Under the pieces are notes generated by a model. It worked only from the letters and a program-made list of their open reading frames with translations, was not told where the DNA came from and did not search any database. From positions 23,690,401-23,754,400 of the forward strand of contig CM120641.1 in assembly GCA_051362555.1 (NCBI GenBank): DNA of 64,000 bases. Direction: 5' to 3'. A program made the position numbers and the translations under genes. Shown here piece by piece: positions 37,601 to 49,308 of the stretch (position 1 is the stretch's first letter; every line of letters begins with the position of its first letter). This DNA is from Lingula anatina (Eukaryota > Animalia > Brachiopoda).

Positions 37601-37830
37601 TCTCAAGTTTAGCCACCTTCTCTACAGATAATTAAACAGCAAGCAGATAGAAAATAGTGCAAAGATGTGAAAAAGAAACAAGGAAAGAGAAAGAATGCAT
37701 GAGGTGAGAAAATGGATGAAACAGTGAAATAATAGAAATCTGAAAAACTTCCTTGCAGTTTCAGTTGTTCATGGATTAGGCCAAATAAAATATTCAACAC
37801 AAATTAAATCCCAAGTCTCTCTCTTTCTGT

Positions 37831-37913
<83 letters not shown>

Positions 37914-40778
37914 GGCATATACACAGCATATGGCACAGAAAGATGACCAAGGTCTGCATTTTGTTCAAATCATGATTTGCTGGTTGTGGCACAAAGGAAG
38001 GCAGTGGATAGAAAAAAATAAAAAATTATAAGAAAGTAATGTCCATATTGTATCTTACAACCAAAGTGATAATTGTGTGGCTACAAAGTGTTGGATATTC
38101 CTACCTAAATTTTGCTTCATCTGCTTCTCCACAACCTGTTTCTCGTTTTCCTTTTCTTCAGCCAGGTTCTAGAGATACAAACAGAGAGTTTGTATCATGC
38201 AGCAGTATACATGAATATATGTATAGATTTTGACATACAATACAGCACTGGGAGCTTAAGTAATTCACGTTTTTCTACACTAGAGAATGAGGAATATTTG
38301 TGCAGCTTAACTGTTACAGTAACAATCACATCAGCGAGATCTGCTGATGATGTAGTTAATGAAGCAAATATTGATTACAAAATGAATTGAACTGATATGC
38401 ATTCAGTACAAGCTTATAAATAAAGCTCATAACTCCAAGCATAAAAAATTTATACAGTGTAGTTCAACTGTTTTTCTTGCTGCCTAATATTTGGTGCATA
38501 GACAGTGAAGCACTGTTTGGATTTCCTTTTTCTCAAACAATTAACTGACATCAGCTATAATCATTTTTTTTTTTGGTAAATTTCATGGCAAACAGGAGCT
38601 TAATTTTTACTGTTGGAATTACTTGGTTAATTTGCTAGTATTGCAAGCAGTAGAAATGGATGCAAGAACTAAACATCAAAATGATATCTAGTTTACAGGG
38701 TATGTTTGATTTAAATCAGTTCTTATAAATTTGATTTTGATTCAATTTAATTCTTAACTCAATTTGATGGAAAGCCCATCAACTATCATAGGGTACCTTA
38801 TAATACTGAATTTCTTCTTTCAGAGCTTCAACAACTGGATGGCCTGCAATAAAGTTCTGTTTAACTGATTCACTCATTTGCTCAGCTTCTGAAGTTTTCC
38901 CTAAAATGTGAAAAACAATACTGATATTAAGAGAGTTTAACATATGAAAAGTATATCCTCTGATAGAAATTATACGGTCTATCAATTTACAATAAACAGA
39001 CACAATTATGCCTAAAAACAATATCTTGTGTCATTTTCATTATATTTTAAGTTTGTTATTGGAAATATCATAATTTTTAATTTAAAATCAAATAATTACA
39101 GATTAGGTTATCAAAGAATATAATAGACATTTCCTTACTTATAACTGATTCTTTACGTTTTGGTAACTTGGCTCGACTTGAATCTGACTTGACCAGTGTA
39201 ACTATACTTCTAGTTTTTGATGTCTTCTTAACCACTTTCTCTTGTTTTTGTTTTTCTTCTTGAAGTATCTTTAACTTCTTTTCACATTCTTGATATTTTA
39301 TTTCACCCGCAGCCATGCTCTCTTGCAATCGATTCTGTGAAAATGATGAAAGCGATTTCTCACAACAAATCCATATTTTTCTACTCATTTACCTTTACAA
39401 CTCCCCCCCAACCCCCTTCCATAAAAAAAGAACTAAATAAGCAACACACACTCAAGTAAGCAGAAATGTTGATTGCTTACCCCTTAAAATAATAGAATAA
39501 ATGTTTTTTAATATTTTGAGCCTATTATTACAAATAACTCAAATAAATTTTAAAAAATATTTTCCTAGGAATTAACTTCTGCCACACTGATTCTTACCAC
39601 AGTCATATTCAGCTGGTCAATTTGTGCATCTAAAGTTTCTAGCCTGGTTCCTTTTTCTTCGTTCTCCCTCTTTAAACGTTCTGCAGCATTTGTAAGTCTG
39701 TCCACTTCCTAGAACAGAGTATAACAGAAACATAGAGAATTTGTCTAGAACAAACTGTACATTAAAAGAAATGATCGTCTAAACTGAGTAGATCCTATTA
39801 AGCTTTAATAAACCCTTAACCCTTATACTTCAACATTCTAAAAATATTTATCACTGATAAAGAAGTTAGATCTAGGCACTTTGCAAGATTAAAAAGCCAA
39901 CATTTACATATTTACGAAGATACTCACAACACCCATTTTCAACAGTTCTTGATCTTTTTGTTCTATTTGTTCTTGCCTCATTGCAACAGCTTTTTTTATG
40001 AACCGGAACTGCCGAGCACCATTTCTAAGCACTAAGGGAAAAAAGACAAGATGAGGTAAACACTTTTAAAATTTCTCTGAGCAAAGAAAGCATTTTAGAT
40101 GTCAACACTTAAACACACAAAATCCAGGCAAGTGCCTAATTTTTATGGTAAAAAGTCAAATTAATCACACCACTTCTATCCTCAAAACTGTATGCAAGCT
40201 GTAAATTCATATTGTGAAAGTATATGAATAGATATACTTCGATGCTGTAACCAATTATCATTTATTAACCAAGTTCCCTATAAAAGCAAAATGTCAAAAA
40301 GTGAAATACAGAGATAATAAAGAAATGGAGAAGAAAATGGCAGAATTGAGAAGTTTACCTTTTTTAACATTGCCTTTTACAACTCTGCTGGCATCATCCA
40401 GAGTCCTGCTGACAGTTTTCAAGGCAACCTCCATGTTGTTGGGATCACTCAGCAACTTGGTCTCTGAATGTTCAAAAATAAAACACTTTGTATTTGAGTA
40501 CAAGGTCTTGTTAAAAATCATGAAAAATTCCATCGGTGACTTGTTTTACTACTTCACTTCTTTAGTTATGGGGACATATATTACCATCCAATGCTTCCTT
40601 TGGTATTACTCTTTCTCCTCTCAGAAGTTGTCTCATTACTTGCTTTTTTTCTGAACTGGAATGGAAGATATACACACATCTATAAGTTATGCATTCTTTA
40701 CAGTGTGCAATAAAGTTCTATGGTATATTTCTCGCTCTCACTCTTTTCCTCTCCTTTCAACACGCACGCACGCACGCA

Positions 40779-40838
<60 letters not shown>

Positions 40839-43324
40839 CAAAAACATAACATTTTGGAGAGGATCAATTTAGGCTATCCAAGGGTGATGTGCCCACTCTT
40901 CCCTATTAATAAATAAACGTGATATATACATACAACAGCCATTACATGTACAACGTAGAAGTGAGTCTGCTAACCACATACAAACAGATTCACTATAATT
41001 CAGATTACCTGACAGAAGGGTCATCTTCCTCTATCAACCCTGCTTCAACCATCACTTTATGGCCAAGAACTTTCAGTTTTTCTCCAGCTTCTTTGGCAAA
41101 CTCAAGAGCATTTCTAAAATTAAACGATGAAAGGAAAGGAAAATCATTATGGTACGTGTATTATGCCAACTTACATTAGCAGACTTATTTTAGGCTTGTT
41201 TGATGAATAGGGTTGTTGATGTGACCATGAAATCTTGTGTAATATACAGTCACACTAAACATTTTATTGGTAAAACAATTACAACCTAAGTTTTAACAAT
41301 TAAGTATGTTAAAATATAAAATGAATATACAGTATTGTGTAAATTGAAATAAGCACAGGATGAAAGATAAGGAAGTCTATGTTAAAAATGTCACACAAAA
41401 CTTACAGTATTTCTAGATGGCTGACTTGAATTTCAAGCCCTTTGGCTTCTAACTGCTCAGGTGAAAGACAGTCCTCTTCCTGTAAAATATAACATTACAG
41501 AAGATACACATCTCTTATACACACAGTAAAAACATGACCAACATAACCCTAGTGCCCTCTATCTTTTACAAAACATCCCATTATGGATTTAGCTCTTAGG
41601 CCACATTAAGCACAGTAGACTAACTAGTCCACTTGTCAAATATGGCCAACCCACTTGAATACTTCCCCATGGGGAATCTATTTAGTGTCTATTTGCAGAT
41701 TAGACAGCAAGCTTTTTAGTGGGTTGCCATATTTGACCCCCAAACTAGTTAGTCCACTGTTCTGAATGCGACCTTAAACTCACCTAATATTATGAGTATC
41801 ATTTTGCAGGCATTGGTATATTACAGTGTACTCAGAACAAAGATGCCTGAAATCAAGTTTTTTAACAGCCAGTTTCTAACTCAACCCAATTTAATCATGC
41901 ATACACATTCACTACATTGTGCTGACTTACTAAGTCATTACATGAATCCAACCACATTTCAACTTCTTTCATGAGCTGAAGTCTTTTTTCACAACCATTT
42001 AAATATGTTTTCACCAATTCCATCATATTATGCTGTTCTGCTATCTGAAAATCAAAGTAAATTAAAAAAAAAAAAAAAAATTTCACTCTTATATTACTGC
42101 GGAGGTATTTTAAATGGCACCAAAATATTTCTCAAGTAAAAAGGTATATTTCAGATAGTTAAAAATAACAAAAAAGAAGTAGACTGAATATCATCAATGA
42201 TTTTCTTTTTATTCAATTTCCATAATTTTTTAACAATTGTCTTACCCTTTTCTTCTTTTCTTTTATATCAAAAACTGCAGTGGGTGGTTTACGCTGAAGC
42301 TTTTGTAACATTTCACGCTGAAATGTGTGAAGTCAAAAGTTACTTTTCTCTGCCAAAAAAGAATGTAATTGCAGAAATAATAATTTTGCTATCAATCAAA
42401 TGCAAATATGTCTGCATTTGGTTTGAAAAAAAAAAAGAAATCCTAATCTCAGCACCAGACACAAATAATCAAACAAGAAACCATAAACTTCATGAAGTAA
42501 CAAAATAATCATATGGAAATAATTCAATGAAAACAAACAAGGAAATGTCAGTTACTATCATAAAAGAAAAAAAACAAAGCATTGGTGCTTAATTGTGTAA
42601 GATAATTTACCTTATTCGTTTGGAAAGGAAGCAGAGAAGAAAAGGTTTAACAATTTGATAAGATGTCAACAAAAATAAAATAAAATAAAGTAATAAATTA
42701 GCTTTTTTGGTTAATGAAAATATATGAAAATTACTTTATATCTCCAACCAAATATTTTGACTTATATCACAGTCGTCATGAAGAAGAAAAAGATTAAATG
42801 AATACCTCTGAAGATGAGGAGTAGATATTGGTGACCATACCAGCATTTTCATAAGCCTGAAAAATTCAAAATAGAGAAAATGCAAGGAAATGATATATAT
42901 TCCTGTTATCAGTACCTTTTTCTTAAATAAAGTGATATATCAGAAATGAACCCAACATGTCTTCCTTTAAAAGTTCAAACTTTGTGAATGTTGTTTATGT
43001 TACCCACAGATCTGTATTTTTATTTTTATGAAAATTAAAAAAAAGATAAAAGGAGGCAGCTAGATTGCTTCCATGTTAGTTATTGGCCTTTTTCAGTCTT
43101 ACAATTTTAATCCTCTCGTGAATTATGTTCAATCTGGCTGCAATATCCAATTTCTTCCTGTCAGCCTCCTTCCTGTCATTCTTCTCTATCACCTCCAATG
43201 CATGTGCTGGCAGGGGCACTTTCATAATGTCCACTGGAACCAGAACCATTGGATTTCTAGAAGCCTTTGTTTTTTTCTTATGTAGCATTTTCTCATTTTT
43301 CTTTTTCCTTTTTGTTGGTGGCAT
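28654..43324 (-). CDS. FAM186-like long coiled-coil protein, multi-exon
   Basis: ATG at 43324 (MPPTKRKKK...), followed by many short coiled-coil exons (e.g. 42806-42856, ~39141-39335, ~36930-37200, ~36449-36638). The 3' exons chain in frame: 33181-33283 (LEKSMDVAGVRLQRLFTRYVIFCRI), 32896-32993 (VNLYVQNMDQKLSL), 30270-30346, 29825-30065, 29286-29392 (DLPRLVEMDM), 28654-28693. These recall the FAM186A/B C-terminal motifs (RLQYLCHKYIFYRRL, NLYIFLENIDR, DIPRLLTLDV) as remembered. Not all middle exon borders were resolved. Confidence 0.75.
28718..29231. mobile_element. PIF/Harbinger-type (Tourist-like) MITE
   Basis: ~48-bp TIR AGCACCCCGCACAC(G/A)GTGAGCAATTGGCG(T/C)GCGCCACTTGCGCTG(T/C)GCC; TTA TSD at 28715-17 and 29232-34. 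Confidence 0.9.
30460..30663 (-). mobile_element. MITE family copy (AGATCGATCTA family), inverted relative to 5552-5782
   Basis: Ends GGGCGTATTCCCAGAG ... CTCTGGGAATGGGGTC with TAA/TTA flanks; interior matches 5552-5782. Confidence 0.8.
30815..32881. mobile_element. Non-autonomous TIR DNA transposon, TA TSD, in a FAM186-like intron
   Basis: Perfect 25-bp TIR CGGTAAAGTCTTGAAAATTTCGTCG with TA flanks. Subterminal TTGAAAA(T/C/G)TTCGTC repeats and an internal tandem array. Confidence 0.9.
31388..32430 (+). repeat. ~297-bp tandem repeat (about 3.3 copies) built from ~50-bp GAGATCGTTCGCGAT subunits
   Basis: GAGATCGTTCGCGATCCGAGCGAGACGAAAAGGCAATTTTCATATC at ~31685, ~31981 and ~32359, with a degenerate copy at ~31388. 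The third interval contains an ~80-bp insert. Confidence 0.88.
37833..37910. repeat. (TA)n microsatellite
   Basis: Direct reading. Confidence 0.95.
40760..40834. repeat. (CACG)n/(CA)n microsatellite
   Basis: Direct reading. Confidence 0.95.
41599..41773. mobile_element. Short palindromic Harbinger-type MITE
   Basis: Imperfect ~30-bp TIR (GGCCACATTAAGCACAGTAGACTAACTAGT / ACTAGTTAGTCCACTGTTCTGAATGCGACC), inner IR GTCAAATATGGC..AACCCACT, TTA TSD. Confidence 0.8.
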
Positions 43325-43569
43325 CTTGAATATCTGATAAAGCCATATAGAAAGTACAATTTAAACATTTATGACTAATTTGAGTTTCAGTTCTGCAAAT
43401 GCCAATTGACTTTTTTTTTTTGTCTTCTAAGCATGCAAGGCTGCATGCCTTACTGATTGATGAAAATCATTTAAAAGGACATTCTCAATGCATTCTACTT
43501 TTCCATTTACCAGAGTCTCAGGTTATGACAAATATTAAATTGTGTTAAATTAAACTGTTGTAAGATCTG

Positions 43570-43693
<124 letters not shown>

Positions 43694-44049
43694 GTTTAAT
43701 ATTAGTGCTCAACAAAAATATAAACGCCTCACGTTTTATCAGCATTATGGGTTATATACATACTCAGTATGTACTGTCCGCATCCCAATATTTACAATTC
43801 ACATTAGGGGGGTTTTATACTATATATATTTTTTGCTCAGTGTATATGAAGCGCAGACTAAACTCGTTCTGTCGGCCCCCGCAGAACGGACCCGAGAAGC
43901 TGTGTTGTTTGATTTAACATCTTGGGGAAAATCGATTTTACACAATTAGATCTATGTGATGAGGAAATACATCACTTGAAATCGCTAGGGTAAATTCGGG
44001 ATCACACATGCATTTGACATTCCACAAAATGCATTGAGCCCCACGTCGT

Positions 44050-44589
44050 AACCAACAACGGAAACACTGGTGTTGTTGCAGTGTAGCGATTGGACCACTG
44101 AAAAATGTTCAACTTACATTTTCACACTTTAGAAATTACATTGCGTGCCGAATGTCTCGTATCCTTTGTGACGCAGTCACTGTTTACTTGTCTACGCGGT
44201 TCCACGTGCTCTGCGAGAACACAATGTTGACCTAAATAAAATATAGGTCATATTTTCCGGTTCCCAGTAAAAGGGGTGAAATAAATCTAATCTAGTATAA
44301 TGGTATCGTTCTATGTCTAAAAATAATTTTTAAAATTCTAAAATATTTTACTTATTATTTTTTAAATTAATTGGACATCTTAAATGGGTAATTTCTGAGT
44401 TAATAGGGATATAATAACAAGGTAGTGGGACCTTTACCCCTTTGGATTTATAAACTCGTCCTAACCTTTTACGGGAAGGACGTTGTTTATTGGTCGGTTT
44501 GTTGTGACGTCTTCGACATGATATGATGGCAGGCCTAGGCCATTGAAGAAGTCAGACCTGAAATGTGGTAATTTTCCATTCAAATACAG
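44050..44589. promoter_or_regulatory. Divergent promoter region between the FAM186-like gene (-) and CSRNP (+)
   Basis: Local CpG enrichment; inverted CCAAT (ATTGG) at ~44089 and ~44489; CRE-like TGACGTC at 44505; CACGTG at ~44203. A minus-strand donor (cttac ~44114) and a plus-strand donor CAG|GTATGT at 44589/44590 flank the region. Confidence 0.55.
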
Positions 44590-47500
44590 GTATGTTTCAT
44601 TATTGATAATTAAAAACCGGGGATCGTATTTTAAATCATATCTTCTCCTAAAGAAGTAAAGTCTTATTATGGTATTTTATAGGCTAAGAAACACACGCGA
44701 GATAAAATCCTGTGCCTTTAAATGCCGTCTGTGTACACCTTCAGATTGTCATTTTGGATAATTATCATTTAAGTCTAGCTCTGACGGCGAACTTAAAAAT
44801 ACTATTATTATAGGTACTTGCTTTCTTGTAGTTTTAGCAGTTTAACAGGTAATGCAAAATGCATTTTTATATTGCAGGGTATTAACTGGATTTAAAGTGA
44901 AAGGTAAGATTTCAAGCTCATTATTATTCATCACTGTCTCAGGCGGGTCGGCCATTGTTGTAGCATGATCAGCTGATTTGTTTTAATCACTTTCCAAATA
45001 TAAATGATAGTTAATAAATAAGCACTTAGTTATGTGAAGTATATCCAAGGTAAATTTCGAAGAGATCTGGTTTGGATCAAGAATTTACCTTCGCAGTGGG
45101 GCGCCCAAGGTATATAATTAACTGGGTCATTTTATACCTCCTTAAATGGCAGGGAGAGAAATGGTATGCAGCAGTTTACCAATGATTTTTATAAAAACTT
45201 TGGTTGGTGCACTCTACACTTCCTTGATATTTTATCAATTTATTCAACTGTTATATCTTTTGTTTCAAAAAAACATTAAGTTTGTTTAGATGAACAGGTT
45301 TTAATTGTATTATATTTTAAGGCAAATCTCTTTTTTGTTGAATCTACAAATACAACAATTATTTTTTGTGACTATGAACCATAAAGAAATTTGAGAACAT
45401 TCATCTCAGAAGCACTTTATTTGAATTCATGTTTAAAATAAAAATGCTGTGTGATTGAACATTACAATGTTATCAAAAAATAAAGACGAGGGGGGAGAGA
45501 CTTGTACTAATATAAGGCATTTATGGTTGAATTGCATTATGTGACATCATTCTGCTGTGAGAAACAAACAAATTTATTGTTGTAAACTAAGTAACAAGAA
45601 TTAAAATAATTATTTATGGCCAAAATTCAGGAATAACATTTTAGATTAATGCAATCCATGATGCTAATGAAAAAAAAACTGATAATCCAGGGATTGCATT
45701 TATAATGAACAGTGTTTTGAATGATAGAAGAAAGTTGACATAGGTAAAATGTAAAAATTATTAAATGGTTTACTGATGATTTTTGTGTCAACAAAATGAT
45801 TTGCCCTTCTGCATTAAATTTGTCCTTTTTTTTATCTGAAATACGTTTACAGCTTGTAGCCGGTTTTTCTTTTCTTTCTTTTTTTTAAGCATTATAGGAC
45901 AGATTATAAACCAAAATCAAATAACATTGAGATTGTTTTTTGAGTATATGGGTTTATCAGTTATCTAAAGCAAACAGGCAGAATATGGTGAACAACATTG
46001 TAAAAAAATTGTTTGTGTGGAGACTTCTAGAAACATAATCTCTTGAGACTTACTGTTTTTGTAAGACCAAAGAATTATTTAGTTCAACTTCAAAAAAATC
46101 CACTGGGGTTATGAGGATTGAATAGCTATGTGTGTAGAAATGAGTTTTTATGAGAGAGAGGTCAATTTTAATAGTACTGTTGTTCTTTGTTTTTCACAAA
46201 AGGTATTCAGCCTCTTGTTAATATTAATCCAAGTCTGTTTTTAACCTTTATATTTAGAATGATGGAGGCATTAATGGTTCGGAAACATGCAGGTAAATTG
46301 CTGATATTGGCACATGAGGTGGGATATATGGAAGGATTAACAAGTTACTAGTGATTCATTCTGCTTTAAATCATTCATCTTATCCTTGTGTTTTATATTT
46401 AAAAAAAAGAGAGGGAGACATCAAATCTCAGGGCTGCTGGGGATTTCTGCGAAGTGGTTAATGAAGTCTGTATATTGATTTTCCTCCACAGCTCTGAATG
46501 GGCCGGAGCAATGGTTTCCAGAGGTATTGATCCTTTGCAGTAGCATCTGGGTCAATACTAGCACTAGACAGAATAATTAATTAAATTGAGGGGACGAGAA
46601 CATTTCCACAACCAAACTGAATTAATAGGAAAATATATTGTTGCAATGTGTGACATTTGGTGCCATTATTACAATAGCAGTGATGTGAAGTGTGATATTG
46701 CATGTGGGTGTGCTTGCATATGTGATGATGATTTGCCCCAATATGAATATCTGTTTTCCAGACATTCGCTATGGTGTAAACAAATTGAAGCAATCTTTTC
46801 ACCGAAGTGAGGATTTTATTCTCTATTGTAAATTATGTTATTAAGGAAGACTTCTACAAATCCATTGACCAGACAACTGTGAAGTAATCATACCTTTGTG
46901 TAACAGTTTGGTGAAAGGACAGCATTTTTGTGCAGAGAAGGCAGCAGACTGGAAATGGAAGTGGTTGTTGTTATGCATTGTGACCCAGTTAAGGTTGTCA
47001 TGCAATCATCATAGCTTTCCTTGGTGCACTATTTTTGCATTTGGAATGCATTGAGTAAAATTTATGTTATTTGCCTTTGAACATACAAGCTAGTTATTGC
47101 TGTTTTCATAAGCAGATTTATAGGTTGGAAATATTGTGACCTTACTGTGGGCTCTCAATGTCAACACTGACCTGTGATGTGTAAGGTGAAGAAAATCATT
47201 ATGCAAAGTAATTGGAAAGATGCTGTAATTTTTTATCCTACTTTTGGGGAACAGATAACAGAACTGGTGTCTTACTTCATGCAGGTTGACATACTACACA
47301 CTAAAAAAGCACCTGAAATATAGCCTGCTGCTTGAAGTAGATTAAAAATGTTAACAAAAGTAGATTGATGATGTATGTTGCTTATGAAAGTCAAACCTGG
47401 TTGCATTTGATGTAATTAATTGGCAGATTTTTTTTTTTTTTTTTTTTGAAATATTGTATTTTATCAATGGTTCTGTTAAGAACACATTCTAAATGTGAAG

Positions 47501-48476
47501 TGGACATTGCTGGACTTGTAATGGTGTCATCTTTTGTCATGCAATATACCAAACCATGCACAGCATGTTAGAATATAAGTGTAACATGGAATCTCTAATC
47601 ATTTGACAGTGTTCTGAGGTCGTGTCCTGAGAGCCATGGAGGTAGGGGCGGTCTGCTTTGCTATTCTCCAATTGGGAAATTTAAAAAAGAAGATGTATTG
47701 ATCTTTATAGCAGTACCTTTTTGTGAGCTGGAGAGGGTTCACTTGTTGTTATGGCAACCATTTGTATATGTAACTTGAAGTATGAATTATTCATAGTTTA
47801 TATATGGGCAATTTCAAGAACGTGCCAAGAAAATTAAATACTTCAAAGCACTATTTTGAATGACGATTAAGTGAAGAATGCCCTTGTATTGTAGAAAGTT
47901 TTAAGTAAAAAAAAAAGCAAAAGGATTGCATTGTGTAAGACTTTGAAGTTGACTCTACTAGAAAATATAAGAAACAATTGAACACACACTCAAGCTTTAT
48001 CTTAAATTTTGGCAAGGAATACACCATTTTCATTATAATTACATATGTTATAATTATTATTATTATATCATACAAACGGACATTTGGTTCTGTAAACTAA
48101 ATACAAAGAGAAAAAAATATGACAGTGATAATTGTTCAGGTATCTGTAATCATGTGTAAATGTAGGTCACTCATAAACATAAAAATTGAACAAAATCCAG
48201 GTGAGGCAAGTGCAGATTGCATGATAGCAGTTACCTGTATCAGTTAGATATATCTTGATTGCCTCCTGTTTTAATAGAAAACTTATTATTTCATGTATAA
48301 CCAATACAAACAAAAGTCTATTATATGAGACGACTTGCATTTGATATCGTAAAGTATATAAAGCTTTTATATTTTTTTTTCTTTTAGACCAAGTAATGGG
48401 AAGGAGCTAGCCAGTACTACAGTATTCCCATGAAAATTGATCCACTGGGTTTGTGCAATACTAGAAACCTGCCAGC

Positions 48477-49249
48477 ATGCCAAAACGCACCTTTGACAGC
48501 GTTAGCTCTGAGACCAGTGTTATAGCGTCTGAGTCTGAAGACAGTGTAAACAGCAGTATAGACAGTACTAACACAACTGGTAGTACAGGAGTTCCATCTA
48601 GTCGGGGTGAGTAGACAACAGTAGTCTAGAGTGTGAAGACAGTGTGAACAGCAGTATAGACGGCACAGATACAACTGCTAGTACACAAGTTCCAATTAAT
48701 CTGGGAGAGTAGACGGCAGTGACTGAAAACTGTTAGCAGCAATACAGAAAGTACAAATATAAGTGGTAATTCGAGAGTTTCGTCTCTTAAAGAATAGTAA
48801 AAACTAGTGTAGTCAAGAGTCTTTAGACTTGACAGCAGAATAGACACAAGAAGTAACTGTGGAATGTATCTTATTTTGGGCAAGTAGAGATCAGTGTAGT
48901 TTATAATCTAAGATATAATTTTGTAGTTAAAGAAATTATATGTCCCAGGAGTTTTTTCAATATTTAACTCTTATTGGTGGTAATTTAAAGAGTAGAATAT
49001 AGATGCTATATGAAATGTAAAGATTCATTTTAAAATATTAATACCTATTAAGTGATGTTCATATGACTTTATTCCACAGATGAATTACCCCCTCAGAAGA
49101 AGAAGCAGAAGAGGTCTGTGAATTTTAATGGAGTCACAGTTTTCTACTTCCCCAGAAAGCAAGGGTTCACTTGTGTCCCCAGTCAGGGTGGATCAACACT
49201 GGGTAAGGGATGCTATAGTCACATTTGTGTGCACGCGCACACACACACG

Positions 49250-49308
<59 letters not shown>

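Noticed and set aside
37804-37992. ORFs with [12 protein letters not shown] or poly-I runs (also 40661, 49128, 6705 tail)
   Set aside because: Translations of microsatellites.
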